Shown: one piece after another, positions 1-9,015 of the stretch
How positions within the stretch are numbered: position 1 is the stretch's first letter
Layout of the letters: the number at the start of each line of letters is the position of its first letter
Assembly: GCA_034723545.1 (NCBI GenBank)
Contig: JAYEPA010000110.1
Coordinates: 1,242 to 65,241, forward strand
Direction: 5' to 3'
From: Thermodesulfobacteriota bacterium
Lineage (GTDB): Bacteria > Desulfobacterota > Desulfobulbia > Desulfobulbales > SURF-16
Length of the DNA stretch: 64,000 nucleotides
Translations under genes and position numbers: made by a program
Notes under the pieces: model-generated
Told to the model about the DNA's origin: nothing
Databases searched by the model: none
The model's input: the letters and a program-made list of their open reading frames with translations, nothing else

Positions 1-507
1 GCAAAGGGCATTGTTGTTGCCGGAATGCTTGGCGAAAAAAATCGTTTTTCCCCGGATTTTGTCGATCAGGTTAAGCAAAAAGGATTTCCACGTGAAATAG
101 TGTCTCAAAATCAGTTGACAGGGACGATGTCGCACCAGTCCGGAAATCTGGTGGCCGGAGGTCAGGATATTTATGATGTGGCTGTTCAACTCAATGAAAC
201 CGGTGGAGAAGTCCATGTCGGCCTTTTTTTAGAAGATATCAGCAAACAGCATGTTATGGATATTGTCCCCCTTCTGATCGCTTTGGGCACATTGCTGATC
301 ATTGGAGCATTAAGTTTTCTGCATCTGGCAAATTCGATTTCAAAACCGATTCGGGAGCTTGCCGAAGCCTCACAACGCATCAGCCTGGGAGAACTTGATT
401 TGCCAATAAAAATTAAAGGAAGTGGGGAAATTGTTGAGTTGGCTTCGGCTCTGGAAAGAATGCGCTTTTCAATCAAGTCAGCCATGGAGAGATTGAGGCG
501 GAGATAA
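1..507 (+). CDS. Membrane sensor fragment ending in a HAMP domain (5' end outside window)
   Basis: Frame 1 is open from nt 1. TM helix IVPLLIALGTLLIIGALSFLHL is followed by the HAMP-like SKPIRELAEASQRISLGELDLPIKIKGSGEIVELASALERM. The stop comes directly after HAMP, with no output domain. Confidence 0.6.
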   Translation, partial: AKGIVVAGMLGEKNRFSPDFVDQVKQKGFPREIVSQNQLTGTMSHQSGNLVAGGQDIYDVAVQLNETGGEVHVGLFLEDISKQHVMDIVPLLIALGTLLIIGALSFLHLANSISKPIRELAEASQRISLGELDLPIKIKGSGEIVELASALERMRFSIKSAMERLRRR

Positions 508-511
508 TATC

Positions 512-1345
512 ATGAAACAGACAATGCTGTTGATTTTTTTTCTTTCACTTTTGCCACAATCTGTATTTGGTGAAACCTGGCATATTTCCATGCTGCCTCG
601 CTATGATGCCGACGAAATCAGTAGACGTATTACTCCCCTGGCGGCACATCTGTCCCAAAAGCTCGGTGTCAGTGTCGAACCCCTGCTGATGAGTAACTTC
701 AGTGAATATACCAGCCGCACAAAAAGAGGTGATGTGGAAATCGGATTTCAGAATCCCTACGTTTATACCCAGGTTGCCGATACACATGAGGTTGTGGCTA
801 TGGCAGTCAAGGGTAAAAACGGTGATAGGTTTCGCGGCGTCATCATTGTTCGGAATGACACTAATATAGACAGCCTTGATGACCTGAAGGGGAAAAATGT
901 CGCTATTGTCGGGTTTTCTTCGGCAGGGGGATACCTGTCACAGAAATTAACATTGATGCGTCATGGTATTGACGTTGACAGGGACTGCCGACTGTCGGAA
1001 GCCGTGGAAAACAAACATGAGAATGTTCTGCTCTCGGTTTTCATCGGTGATGTTGACGCGGGATTTATTCGAGAATCAGCCCTATCCCAAGCTGAAAATT
1101 TTGTGCCTGTCTCACAGATTCGAATTGTGAATGAGTCGGCCTGGCTTGCCAACTGGGCTCTTTCCGTCAAGCGCTCTTTGCCGGAGCGGCAGAAAAATAT
1201 CATCCGAAAAATTATAACGGATTTACAGGAGGAGGATGCGGTATTGAAGGCATTGAAAATTAAAAGCTTCAGGTCCGCAACCGATTCTGAATATGATTCG
1301 ATACGTGTGGCAGCGGGTATGGAAAGGGAAAACTTAAAAAAATAA
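512..1345 (+). CDS. PhnD-family (phosphonate-binding fold) periplasmic substrate-binding protein
   Basis: Signal peptide MKQTMLLIFFLSLLPQSVFG. PhnD-like pattern (RGVIIVRNDTNIDSLDDLKGKNVAIVGFSSAGGYL). GGAG lies upstream of the ATG. The gene starts 4 nt after the previous stop. Confidence 0.7.
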   Translation: MKQTMLLIFFLSLLPQSVFGETWHISMLPRYDADEISRRITPLAAHLSQKLGVSVEPLLMSNFSEYTSRTKRGDVEIGFQNPYVYTQVADTHEVVAMAVKGKNGDRFRGVIIVRNDTNIDSLDDLKGKNVAIVGFSSAGGYLSQKLTLMRHGIDVDRDCRLSEAVENKHENVLLSVFIGDVDAGFIRESALSQAENFVPVSQIRIVNESAWLANWALSVKRSLPERQKNIIRKIITDLQEEDAVLKALKIKSFRSATDSEYDSIRVAAGMERENLKK

Positions 1346-1347
1346 AC

Positions 1348-2319
1348 ATGATTATTATTCCAAAAGAAAAACCTGTTCTTTCCGGATTGAACAGTTATTA
1401 CCTCAAAATTGAAAAGCTGGTTGAGCATTTTCAGGGTCAAATAGGCACTGGTGCCATTTTTTTTCGATCACCAACTGCCCAGGCAGTCATTTTTTTTGAT
1501 CAGGACAATATTCTTAATGTCTATTTTCAAAATAAAACAAAATCCCTGCAGGGAAAAGAAGCGCTCAACACTCTGTCCAAGGCAGCCTACAATTTTATTG
1601 TGGAAATTTATGAGCTGGATCCGGATAGAATTCATTTCTGGGCTAATATGCCGGCTGCCCGCCAAATTCATCAGGGTCTCAGTACGGAGTTTGCTGATTT
1701 TGACGTTCTATTAAAAAAAATGACTGAGGAAAAGTTTACCGGTTTTTTTGATGTCAAATTGAATCAGGATCTGGGTGAAGGACTTCTCTTTTTCGATGAT
1801 GGTGAGTTGATAGGAGGTTCGTGTCATCTGGCGGAAACAACTGATAGTGATCCCCACGAACAGCAGCTTACATTGATTCGCCACATCAGGAAGGAAGGAG
1901 CGGTTTTTCATATTTCAACCCTTGTTTTAAAAAAAGAAGAGATAAATTTTGCCTACAAAGAGGATTCTCCGGCGAGTTCATTTGATCTCCTCCAGGCTTT
2001 AGGTGAAATTCTGTACACCTTTGAAGGAATTGTTAAAAAAGAGAAAGCGTATGATTTTAATGTGTTGTTGAAACAGAAGTTTGTCGATAAGGCTCTTAAA
2101 TATGATTTTCTTGATCCATTCGCGGCCGAGTTTTTTTATGAAGGCGGCAAAGTAATTTTTACAGGCCGTGAGGAACACAGGGTTGTGGCAAAAGGAGTAA
2201 TAGAAGCCGTTCTTGAACTGGCGGACGAGCTGGATAAACGAGAACATCTTCTGCAAAGATTGCATATCTGGAGAAAAAAATATGGAAACCATTTTTCTGA
2301 GCTGGGACTCAGAGTGTAA
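1348..2319 (+). CDS. Hypothetical protein, possibly two PATAN/DUF4388-like domains
   Basis: 323-aa ORF starting 2 nt after the previous stop. Two segments (LSGLNSYYLKIEKLVEHFQGQIGTGAIFF...GKEALNTL and FTGFFDVKLNQDLGEGLLFFDDGELIGG) resemble the PATAN pattern seen in the next gene. Assignment is by eye only. Confidence 0.5.
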   Translation: MIIIPKEKPVLSGLNSYYLKIEKLVEHFQGQIGTGAIFFRSPTAQAVIFFDQDNILNVYFQNKTKSLQGKEALNTLSKAAYNFIVEIYELDPDRIHFWANMPAARQIHQGLSTEFADFDVLLKKMTEEKFTGFFDVKLNQDLGEGLLFFDDGELIGGSCHLAETTDSDPHEQQLTLIRHIRKEGAVFHISTLVLKKEEINFAYKEDSPASSFDLLQALGEILYTFEGIVKKEKAYDFNVLLKQKFVDKALKYDFLDPFAAEFFYEGGKVIFTGREEHRVVAKGVIEAVLELADELDKREHLLQRLHIWRKKYGNHFSELGLRV

Positions 2320-2361
2320 CGTTTTTACAGTAATGAGGATATTCAGCCGGATCGGGACGCG

Positions 2362-3396
2362 ATGAAAAAGATTCTTTTTGTCGATGATGACAGGGAAGTC
2401 CGTCGTTTCTTTCAAAACGAGCTGGAACATTTTAATCTCCCTTTCTCGGCTCTAGTTGCCGAGGATGGTGTCAGAGCAATAGAAATTCTGCAACAGGAAT
2501 TTATCTCTGTTGTTGTTACTGACTTGAAGATGCCAAGAATGGATGGTCTGTCTCTGTTAAATGCCATAACCCGTGATTATCCAGATATTTCCGTCATCAT
2601 TATAACTGGTTATGCCACTGAAAAAATTAAAAAAATGGCCTTGCAAAGCGGGGCGGCCGGTTTTATCGAAAAGCCATTTAAGATTGAGAGGTTGATCGGC
2701 CCTATCAATGCGATTCTAAAAAATGAATCTGATGGTGGAACATTGCATGGAGTGACGCCCGGCATGTTTTTACAACTCGTTGAGATGGAGGAGAAAACAT
2801 GTACTATCCGACTGACTGACGGGAATTCAGGTAAACAGGGAGTACTCTTTTTTGACCAGGGTCTTTTGCTCGATGCAAGAACCCCTACACAGCATGGTAA
2901 AGATGCCGCCTATGATATTTTCGCCTGGGATAATGTTTCCGTTGCCATTCAGAATATCTGTTTTCAAAAGCAGGACAGAATCAAAAGTGATTTACAGGGA
3001 ATTCTTCTTGAGGCAATGCGCAGAAAGGATGAACAGGACCAAAATGAAAATGAGGTCATCTGGCTGAATAGTGAAGATGAAGATTCCACTGTGATGGAAA
3101 TCAACCTTTCAAGTGATGTGGATGATCTCTCGGTGGAGGATGTGCGAAAGATGTTGATGGAAGAAATTGGCCAGGAGTGTTCACCTGAAGAAATTATTGC
3201 AAACAGTTCCTGGGATAATTTTCTCTCTTACAGTACACAGCTGGAAAAATATTTGGGAGGAGGCAAGTTGAAAGTTGGATTTGTTGATAACGGCTCCCCT
3301 GGAAATACTATTTTACTTCCCGGCAGGGAGACGATCATTTTGTCCATAAGTCCCGCCTGTCCGCGCGATAAAATTATGGATCTTTTCAGTCGGTAA
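2362..3396 (+). CDS. Response regulator: receiver domain plus PATAN/DUF4388 domain and an acidic C-terminal region
   Basis: Receiver motifs KKILFVDDD, VVVTDLKMPRMDG, IIITGY, FIEKPF. These are followed by GTLHGVTPGMFLQLVEMEEKTCTIRLTDGNSGKQGVLFFDQGLLLDARTPTQHGKDAAYDIFAW (PATAN-like). Confidence 0.8.
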   Translation: MKKILFVDDDREVRRFFQNELEHFNLPFSALVAEDGVRAIEILQQEFISVVVTDLKMPRMDGLSLLNAITRDYPDISVIIITGYATEKIKKMALQSGAAGFIEKPFKIERLIGPINAILKNESDGGTLHGVTPGMFLQLVEMEEKTCTIRLTDGNSGKQGVLFFDQGLLLDARTPTQHGKDAAYDIFAWDNVSVAIQNICFQKQDRIKSDLQGILLEAMRRKDEQDQNENEVIWLNSEDEDSTVMEINLSSDVDDLSVEDVRKMLMEEIGQECSPEEIIANSSWDNFLSYSTQLEKYLGGGKLKVGFVDNGSPGNTILLPGRETIILSISPACPRDKIMDLFSR

Positions 3397-3535
3397 ATAT
3401 GATAAATATTCGGCAGCACTCCACAGGAAGGCGATCAGGCTACTCAGCATACCAATGTATAGCTGATCAGCCCGCTTACCTCCCTGCGAAGCGCCCCGGA
3501 GGAAGTGCCCTTGGGGTGCACTGCCAAATATTCAC
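3393..3535. mobile_element. Palindromic MITE-like repeat, GTAA-terminus family (copy a)
   Basis: Termini AAATATTCGGCAGCACTCC and GGGGTGCACTGCCAAATATTCAC are inverted copies. The core is related to copies at 11257, 34618, 38213 and 62447. GTAA at 3393-3396 contains the TAA stop of the upstream gene. No TSD seen. Confidence 0.55.
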
Positions 3536-3586
3536 AATTTGGTGGTTTTAGCTATTTTTCGGCATTAAACCGAATGCTTACTAAAT

Positions 3587-3940
3587 ATGAAGCAGCTTTT
3601 TAAAGATATTATAGCCATTGACGGCGTGAAAGGTGTTTTACTGTTTTCCGCTGAGGGACGGCTTCATTTTTATGAATTGAATTATCCTTTTCATGAAAAT
3701 CCGGCCCGACAGGATTGGTCTTTTTTGACTTCAATGATGAAAGATGTTCGGGAAGCTGATCTAATTTATGAAAACAGCCGTTTTTATTTTCGATCAACAG
3801 CTACCGGTTATCTTCTGGTCGTGATGGAGAGAGCAACACCCATCTCTCTTATAAGGCTGTCCTGCGACATGGCCATACCTGCCTTAAAAAAACAGGCAGG
3901 GGCGCCAAAGGGTATTATGCGGTTCTTCAAACGTAAATAA
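3587..3940 (+). CDS. Roadblock/LC7-like protein
   Basis: 117 aa with a Roadblock-like pattern: IIAIDGVKGVLLFSAEGRL ... GYLLVVMERATPISLIRL. Confidence 0.55.
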   Translation: MKQLFKDIIAIDGVKGVLLFSAEGRLHFYELNYPFHENPARQDWSFLTSMMKDVREADLIYENSRFYFRSTATGYLLVVMERATPISLIRLSCDMAIPALKKQAGAPKGIMRFFKRK

Positions 3941-3951
3941 GGGATGGGAAT

Positions 3952-4107
3952 TAAATAAATTGCGTCAAATTAGTCGGATTTTTTCCGAGTCTCCCAGGCT
4001 CGCTACCTGTCGTATTCAAGGCGGGAGGAGGGCGCATAACCCAGTTACGTAAGTGACGAGCAACGAAGAAGAAGCAAAAAAGGCAATAATTTGGCGTAAT
4101 ATATTTA
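3952..4107. mobile_element. Palindromic MITE-like repeat, same superfamily (copy b, diverged)
   Basis: Ends TAAATAAATTGCGTCAAATTA and TAATTTGGCGTAATATATTTA are inverted. The interior CCGAGTCTCCCAGGCTCGCTACCTG matches the reverse complement of the 11340-11380 repeat core. Confidence 0.5.
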
Positions 4108-4134
4108 ATGTACGTTCCCAAGGAGAATATGGTC

Positions 4135-4524
4135 ATGAATTATGGCATAGATCAAGATAGATTAGTCGCAATAGACAACATTATAAAAGAGGATCTGATT
4201 GAAATAGGCGTTGACTACGCCATCATGATCGATACAGCCGGAAATACCATCGCAAAATGCGATAGTGGGGGACAAGATTATGATGTAGCGTCTCTCGCGG
4301 CCCTGGCTGCCGGGAATTATGCCACGGTGGATGCCATGGCAAAGATAGTCGGTGAACAGGAATTTTCTCTTCTTTTTCATAAAGGAAAAAACATAAGTAT
4401 TCATTTCAGTACAATTAATGAAGAATTCTTGCTCATCATCTTATTTGGCAAGGAGGTATCACTCGGTTTTTTACGTCTGAAGGTGGCCGAGGCCATTGAA
4501 AAGATAAGAGGGCTCTGGAAATAA
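4135..4524 (+). CDS. mglB: Roadblock/LC7 protein, MglB-like
   Basis: LIEIGVDYAIMIDTAGNTIA...ASLAALAAGNYA...EFLLIILFGKEVSLGFLRLKV. AGGAG lies 9 nt upstream of ATG 4135; in-frame ATGs at 4108 and 4129 are also possible. It sits directly upstream of mglA, as in the Myxococcus mglBA operon. Confidence 0.7.
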   Translation: MNYGIDQDRLVAIDNIIKEDLIEIGVDYAIMIDTAGNTIAKCDSGGQDYDVASLAALAAGNYATVDAMAKIVGEQEFSLLFHKGKNISIHFSTINEEFLLIILFGKEVSLGFLRLKVAEAIEKIRGLWK

Positions 4525-4605
4525 TTACATTACGGAGTTAAGGGTAGTTTATAGCCCTACCTGAACAGTTTATTTTTTTTAATTAGATACGAGAAGGGGA
4601 ACGAG

Positions 4606-5211
4606 TTGGCATTTATTAACATGAAAACCCGAGAAGTTCAGGTCAAGATAGTCTATTACGGTCCTGGCCGTGGCGGTAAGACCACGAATCTGGAATTTAT
4701 CAATGAGAAGTTCCGGGAGCGTATCAAGTCCAAAATGATCAGTATCAAGACCCATGGCGACCGAACTCTTTTTTTCGATTTTTTGCCCTTTGATATCGGT
4801 AAAATTAAGGGATACGATATTAAGATTCAGATGTATACGGTACCCGGCCAGGTAAAATATAACGCCACCCGGAAACTTGTTCTTAAAGGAGTGGATGGGC
4901 TAGTCTTTGTCGCCGATGCCATGGAGGAAAGGAGAAAACACAATCTGCTTTCTCTGAAACAGCTGCAGGAAAACCTGACCACATACAGAAAGAATATTTT
5001 TAAAATACCACTAGTCCTTCAATATAATAAATTTGATTTAAAAGATCAGGATGTTCCTCTTTTGTCTCTTGCAACAATAGAACAGGATCTGAACGGAAAA
5101 TTAAACGTTCCTTCCTTTGCCGCCAGTGCCTTAACAGGAGAAAATGTTGTCCCGACTTTAAAAAAGATTATTTCCGTCACAATGGCAGCGATACAGAAGG
5201 AATTGCGATAG
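4606..5211 (+). CDS. mglA: MglA-type Ras-like small GTPase
   Basis: Near-collinear with Myxococcus MglA by eye: MAFIN, KIVYYGPGRGGKTTNL (P-loop), TLFFDFLP, YTVPGQV (switch II), LKGVDGLVFVADA, QYNKFDL. TTG start with GAAGGGGA upstream. Confidence 0.85.
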   Translation: MAFINMKTREVQVKIVYYGPGRGGKTTNLEFINEKFRERIKSKMISIKTHGDRTLFFDFLPFDIGKIKGYDIKIQMYTVPGQVKYNATRKLVLKGVDGLVFVADAMEERRKHNLLSLKQLQENLTTYRKNIFKIPLVLQYNKFDLKDQDVPLLSLATIEQDLNGKLNVPSFAASALTGENVVPTLKKIISVTMAAIQKELR

Positions 5212-5298
5212 TGACTGTCTGAAAATCCACTTTATACCGGAATAAAGAGATTTTGTAAAAAGTGGTTGTTTAGAAGAACGCGAAATAGGAGGTTGTTT

Positions 5299-7092
5299 GT
5301 GAACACGGATATCAGAAGCGAAGCTGAAGGCCAGTTTGAAGATCTCATGGGCGGATCTGTAGAAATGCCAGAAACGGCGGTAGAAGACTTCATGGTTGGG
5401 GATGTGCAAGAGGCCACATCCCCTGAAGAAGATCTCATGATAGACGATGTGGAAAAAATCGAAATTATTCCCGCCTCTGATGAGCAGAAAGTCAGTGAAA
5501 CAATACAGGCTCTGAAGACAGCAGTATTAGCCTTTGAGTGGGAGATCAACGATGAAAACATGGAGAGATTCAATTTCGAGGTGAGCCACTTAAAGGGGAT
5601 ATGGCGCGATGACAAACTTCTGCAGATTTTTATTCAAATTCTCGAGGCCTTGGGGAAATATATCACTGGTGCCAGGGTAAAAGCGCATCCTGACTCGGTA
5701 AAACTTCTTCTTTCCGTTTATGAGGCTCTTGAAAAAGTCGTTACTTCTCCACGATTAACCCCCAGGGGGAAGAAAAAAATTCTCTATGCCGAAGTTGAAA
5801 AGTACGACGATTTAAAGGCTGAGATTACTAGCCGCCCGGAAAGGGTTCAGAAAACAGGGACTGAAGAACAAGCTGCCGAATCAGCGCCTGCCGGTGCATC
5901 ATCGATGATGGCTTCACATGGTGGAGTTGGAGGTGATGAGCTTATTGTTGAACGTGGTGATCATGAGGAGTTTCCCGAGCTTGATGCCCGGCTTGATTCT
6001 TTTTTTGATGAAGAGTCCCTGCCGGACAGTGGGCATCATGGAGATATTTCCAGTTCTGAAGTGCCGGCCCATCCCGAAACTGAAAGTTGTCCGGCGGTGG
6101 ATAATCTCATTGATGATATGTTTAGTGATGTCATCCACAAGGGAAAGAAGGATTCTGATGTTTCCCCTGAACAAGGATCGGCCGGAGAGGAGGACACTTT
6201 CCTTGTTGGAGAAGATGTTGACGATACCGTTGAGACGGTCACTTCCCTCGATGTGGACCAGGAGGTGATTCTTGGCGTCGCGGAAGAGGAGGAAGGGCCT
6301 TCCGTCATTGGTGACGTAGATTCTCTCAGTCTTGATCTTGGCGAAGAAGATCAGGAGATTGTTTTGGAAACAGCGGAGGAACAAAGTGAAGAATCAGTGG
6401 AGGGCATGATCGATGATTTTTTTGGCGAAGAAGATCAAGTCACTTCCCCTCCGTTACAATCAGAAGTTCCTGATACCTTACCCGCTTCGCTGGAAGAAGT
6501 CTTTACGGATTTAGCCGAGGCCGAACAGGTTGATGATGATTTGGCGGAGCGACTTTGCTCGGAAGTCGCCGAACTGCTGAAGGTCTTGCATGGCCAACCT
6601 TCATTGGTGACGATTGCCGCACTTCTCGCGTCCCTGAGCGGAGATCTAAAAAAAGGGTCTTTACCTTTCCGAACAAAGGCAACCGGTATCCTTCTTGAAA
6701 TACATAAAAGTCTAATCGTAACGGTTGATGCAGACGACACTGAAGTTCCACAGCTTGTATCCAATGCCGTGAAAAAATATCTTCTCTGGAAGGAAGAGAT
6801 GTTTTCGGTCCTCTCTTTGGGAGCTGAAAATTCAGAAGCCCAGCCAGACAAGATTGAGTCTGCCCAATCGGATAATGAAACTTCTGTTGAAGAGGAGGAG
6901 GGAATTTTACTTCTTGAACCCGAGGCCGAGGTTAAAGAAGAGGACGAAGACGTGAGTGGCATGGTTATGGCTGAAGAGGTTCCGGAGCAACTCTGCGATG
7001 TTTCGGGGGAAGAGCAGGTTGCCTCTGAGGCCGATTCTTTTCCCAAAGAAGGTATATGGTCAAAAATAAAAGGTATTTTTTCCAAGAAATAA
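5299..7092 (+). CDS. Hyper-acidic hypothetical protein (about 598 aa)
   Basis: GTG 5299 has AGGAGG 6 nt upstream (the ORF track start is 5266). A D/E-rich centre lies between two helical regions. Motifs LDSFFDEE, IDDMFSD and IDDFFGEE are present. No family recognised. Confidence 0.6.
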   Translation: MNTDIRSEAEGQFEDLMGGSVEMPETAVEDFMVGDVQEATSPEEDLMIDDVEKIEIIPASDEQKVSETIQALKTAVLAFEWEINDENMERFNFEVSHLKGIWRDDKLLQIFIQILEALGKYITGARVKAHPDSVKLLLSVYEALEKVVTSPRLTPRGKKKILYAEVEKYDDLKAEITSRPERVQKTGTEEQAAESAPAGASSMMASHGGVGGDELIVERGDHEEFPELDARLDSFFDEESLPDSGHHGDISSSEVPAHPETESCPAVDNLIDDMFSDVIHKGKKDSDVSPEQGSAGEEDTFLVGEDVDDTVETVTSLDVDQEVILGVAEEEEGPSVIGDVDSLSLDLGEEDQEIVLETAEEQSEESVEGMIDDFFGEEDQVTSPPLQSEVPDTLPASLEEVFTDLAEAEQVDDDLAERLCSEVAELLKVLHGQPSLVTIAALLASLSGDLKKGSLPFRTKATGILLEIHKSLIVTVDADDTEVPQLVSNAVKKYLLWKEEMFSVLSLGAENSEAQPDKIESAQSDNETSVEEEEGILLLEPEAEVKEEDEDVSGMVMAEEVPEQLCDVSGEEQVASEADSFPKEGIWSKIKGIFSKK

Positions 7093-7105
7093 TTTTGATG
7101 AATTC

Positions 7106-7190
7106 GTAAAAACTATAGAAACCACAGAGTCCACAAAGGTAACTTGTTTTAATAATAGAGATTTCTCTGTGGTAAGAAAAAGATTTTTAC
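7106..7190. repeat. CACAGAG-type hairpin repeat (degenerate copy)
   Basis: GTAAAAACTA...CCACAGAGTCCACAAAG...CTCTGTGG...TTTTTAC, between convergent genes. The terminal GTAA (minus strand, 7187-7190) contains the TAA stop of the YcaO gene. Confidence 0.45.
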
Positions 7191-8932
7191 GGATTCAACA
7201 ATTCATCCAACTGATCACGGGCAAAAATAATCTCCGGGTCAAGGGCCAGAGCCAGTTGGAAAAAATGAATCGCCTCTTTATTTTTTTCAAGTTTTCGGTA
7301 GTTTACTGCAAGGTTGGCGTAATCTATGGCCGAAGAGGGTAAAAGTTCCACGGCCCGCTCAAAGTGGCTGATGGCCGTTTCGTACTCCTCCAGTTTAAAA
7401 TTACAGACCCCCATGATGTTATGTATGTCATGCCTTTCTTCATCCACGGCCAGGCCTTTCTTCAGGACAACGAGCGCCTCGGCAAACAGACCGAGATTTT
7501 TCAGGCAATCTCCCATATAAGAATAGATATAGGGCAGATCTTCTTCCTCGGGATGAAGCTCCAGAGCCCGTCGCAGATGCTCAAGGGCTTCTTCCAGAGC
7601 TCCAAGGGAAATAAGATTTTTGCCCAGATAAAATTCAATGTAATAGGCCTGCGGTAGAACTTTTTTCATTCTTCGCAGATATTCATTCGAAAGCGCCGGA
7701 TCAGCGACTCTCTCGGTGACAAGTTTGGCTGCAAAGAGACCCACATTGTGGATTCTGGATCTTTCCCGGAAATGAACGCCCGGCACAAAGACATAAACCG
7801 CCGGGATCTTGAGCCGTGGATGCGTGACATCAACAACATAGACTTCCAGACCCAGTTTCGCCAGGGCCGTCACACAATTTTCAATCTCCTCCCTGATATT
7901 GTCGCTGCTGATATCCACCATTTCCGTCACGGGAATCGATGATTTCCCGCCAGTCACATATTCGGCGTCTGTCATGGACAACGGCTTTGGCAGTCCGCTG
8001 GCAATGTAATTGGACTGGGAATTGAAATCGCCGGCCAGTTGCGCCACTTCTGTAATGGCGCGGATAATTGATTTTTCAGGATGAGGAGTAGTGCCTGCCG
8101 TAAAGACAATTTCACTCGATTCCGGAAAAGTGGCCCGGTCTATGGCCAGGGCCGCTACTGTGGGAATACCGGTATCCAGGGTGAAATCGTTGAGATAAAG
8201 TTCAATATTGCAGTTTTTAAATTTTTCAAGCAGGGCAATGGCCATGGGATCACGCAATGAATCCTTGTCAATGGCTGGTGTTTCCAACTTATCATGACAC
8301 ACCACGGCGGAAACATGTCGTTCCACAACTTCGCAAAGCCCCTGGCTTATTGCCTCTTCGAGTGTGTTGCCGGCCGAGGAGCCGTTAAATTCATTAATGG
8401 CATAAAACCAGCTGAAAGGGATTAGGATCTCTTCCTGATTATTGAGATTTGTGGCCCAGACCCATTGCATGGGAATGTCTGTCAGCAGTTGTTCCAGGAT
8501 TTTCGGTGACGTTGTCTGGTCGTGGACGGACTGCAGCATTTTTTCCAGGGGCAGGAGAGGGTACCCTTTCTTTTTAATCCGGGTGTAACTTTCGGTGAAA
8601 AAATGATCCGTGTCCTGCATAAAGCTGAAGAAACTGAACCGTTCAGCCAGTTCCATGCAGGCGCTGGCCTGGGCCTGTTCCGGAGTGCTGCCCTTGCCCA
8701 TCTGTTTTTTCGTGCCGACAATTTTTTCAGCATCCTTGCCACAGACACTGAAGTAAACCGGAATTTCAAGGCGGCCGTTGTCGATACGTTTCACCTCTTT
8801 TAAGACATCAAGATTTTCTTTTTTTAGTCTTTCCCAAAAATGCTTTACGGTTTCTTCCGGTGAACAGGCCTTGTCAAGATCCTGGGTATAGTTTTTAAAA
8901 CAGTTGGTCAGGCGAATTGTTTTCTTCTGCAT
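7187..8932 (-). CDS. ycaO: YcaO-domain protein with C-terminal TPR repeats
   Basis: YcaO signatures MGKGSTPEQAQASACMELAERFS and SSAGNTLEEAISQGLCEVVERH. The last roughly 130 aa are TPR-like (LGALEEALEHLRRALELHP..., YETAISHFERAVELLP..., KEAIHFFQLALALDP). Confidence 0.85.
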   Translation of the reverse strand: MQKKTIRLTNCFKNYTQDLDKACSPEETVKHFWERLKKENLDVLKEVKRIDNGRLEIPVYFSVCGKDAEKIVGTKKQMGKGSTPEQAQASACMELAERFSFFSFMQDTDHFFTESYTRIKKKGYPLLPLEKMLQSVHDQTTSPKILEQLLTDIPMQWVWATNLNNQEEILIPFSWFYAINEFNGSSAGNTLEEAISQGLCEVVERHVSAVVCHDKLETPAIDKDSLRDPMAIALLEKFKNCNIELYLNDFTLDTGIPTVAALAIDRATFPESSEIVFTAGTTPHPEKSIIRAITEVAQLAGDFNSQSNYIASGLPKPLSMTDAEYVTGGKSSIPVTEMVDISSDNIREEIENCVTALAKLGLEVYVVDVTHPRLKIPAVYVFVPGVHFRERSRIHNVGLFAAKLVTERVADPALSNEYLRRMKKVLPQAYYIEFYLGKNLISLGALEEALEHLRRALELHPEEEDLPYIYSYMGDCLKNLGLFAEALVVLKKGLAVDEERHDIHNIMGVCNFKLEEYETAISHFERAVELLPSSAIDYANLAVNYRKLEKNKEAIHFFQLALALDPEIIFARDQLDELLNP

Positions 8933-9015
8933 TGTTTTTTTCTGGTATCAAATATCGGATGTCAGGTTATCGGGTAAAGAGGAAAGCTGGTGCAAAGATT
9001 CACTGTCACCTTAAT

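Noticed and set aside
6435-7085. 216-aa Ser-rich minus-strand ORF
   Set aside because: It is the mirror image of the Glu/Asp-rich plus-strand gene (GAA/GAG read antisense as TTC/CTC) and is low complexity.
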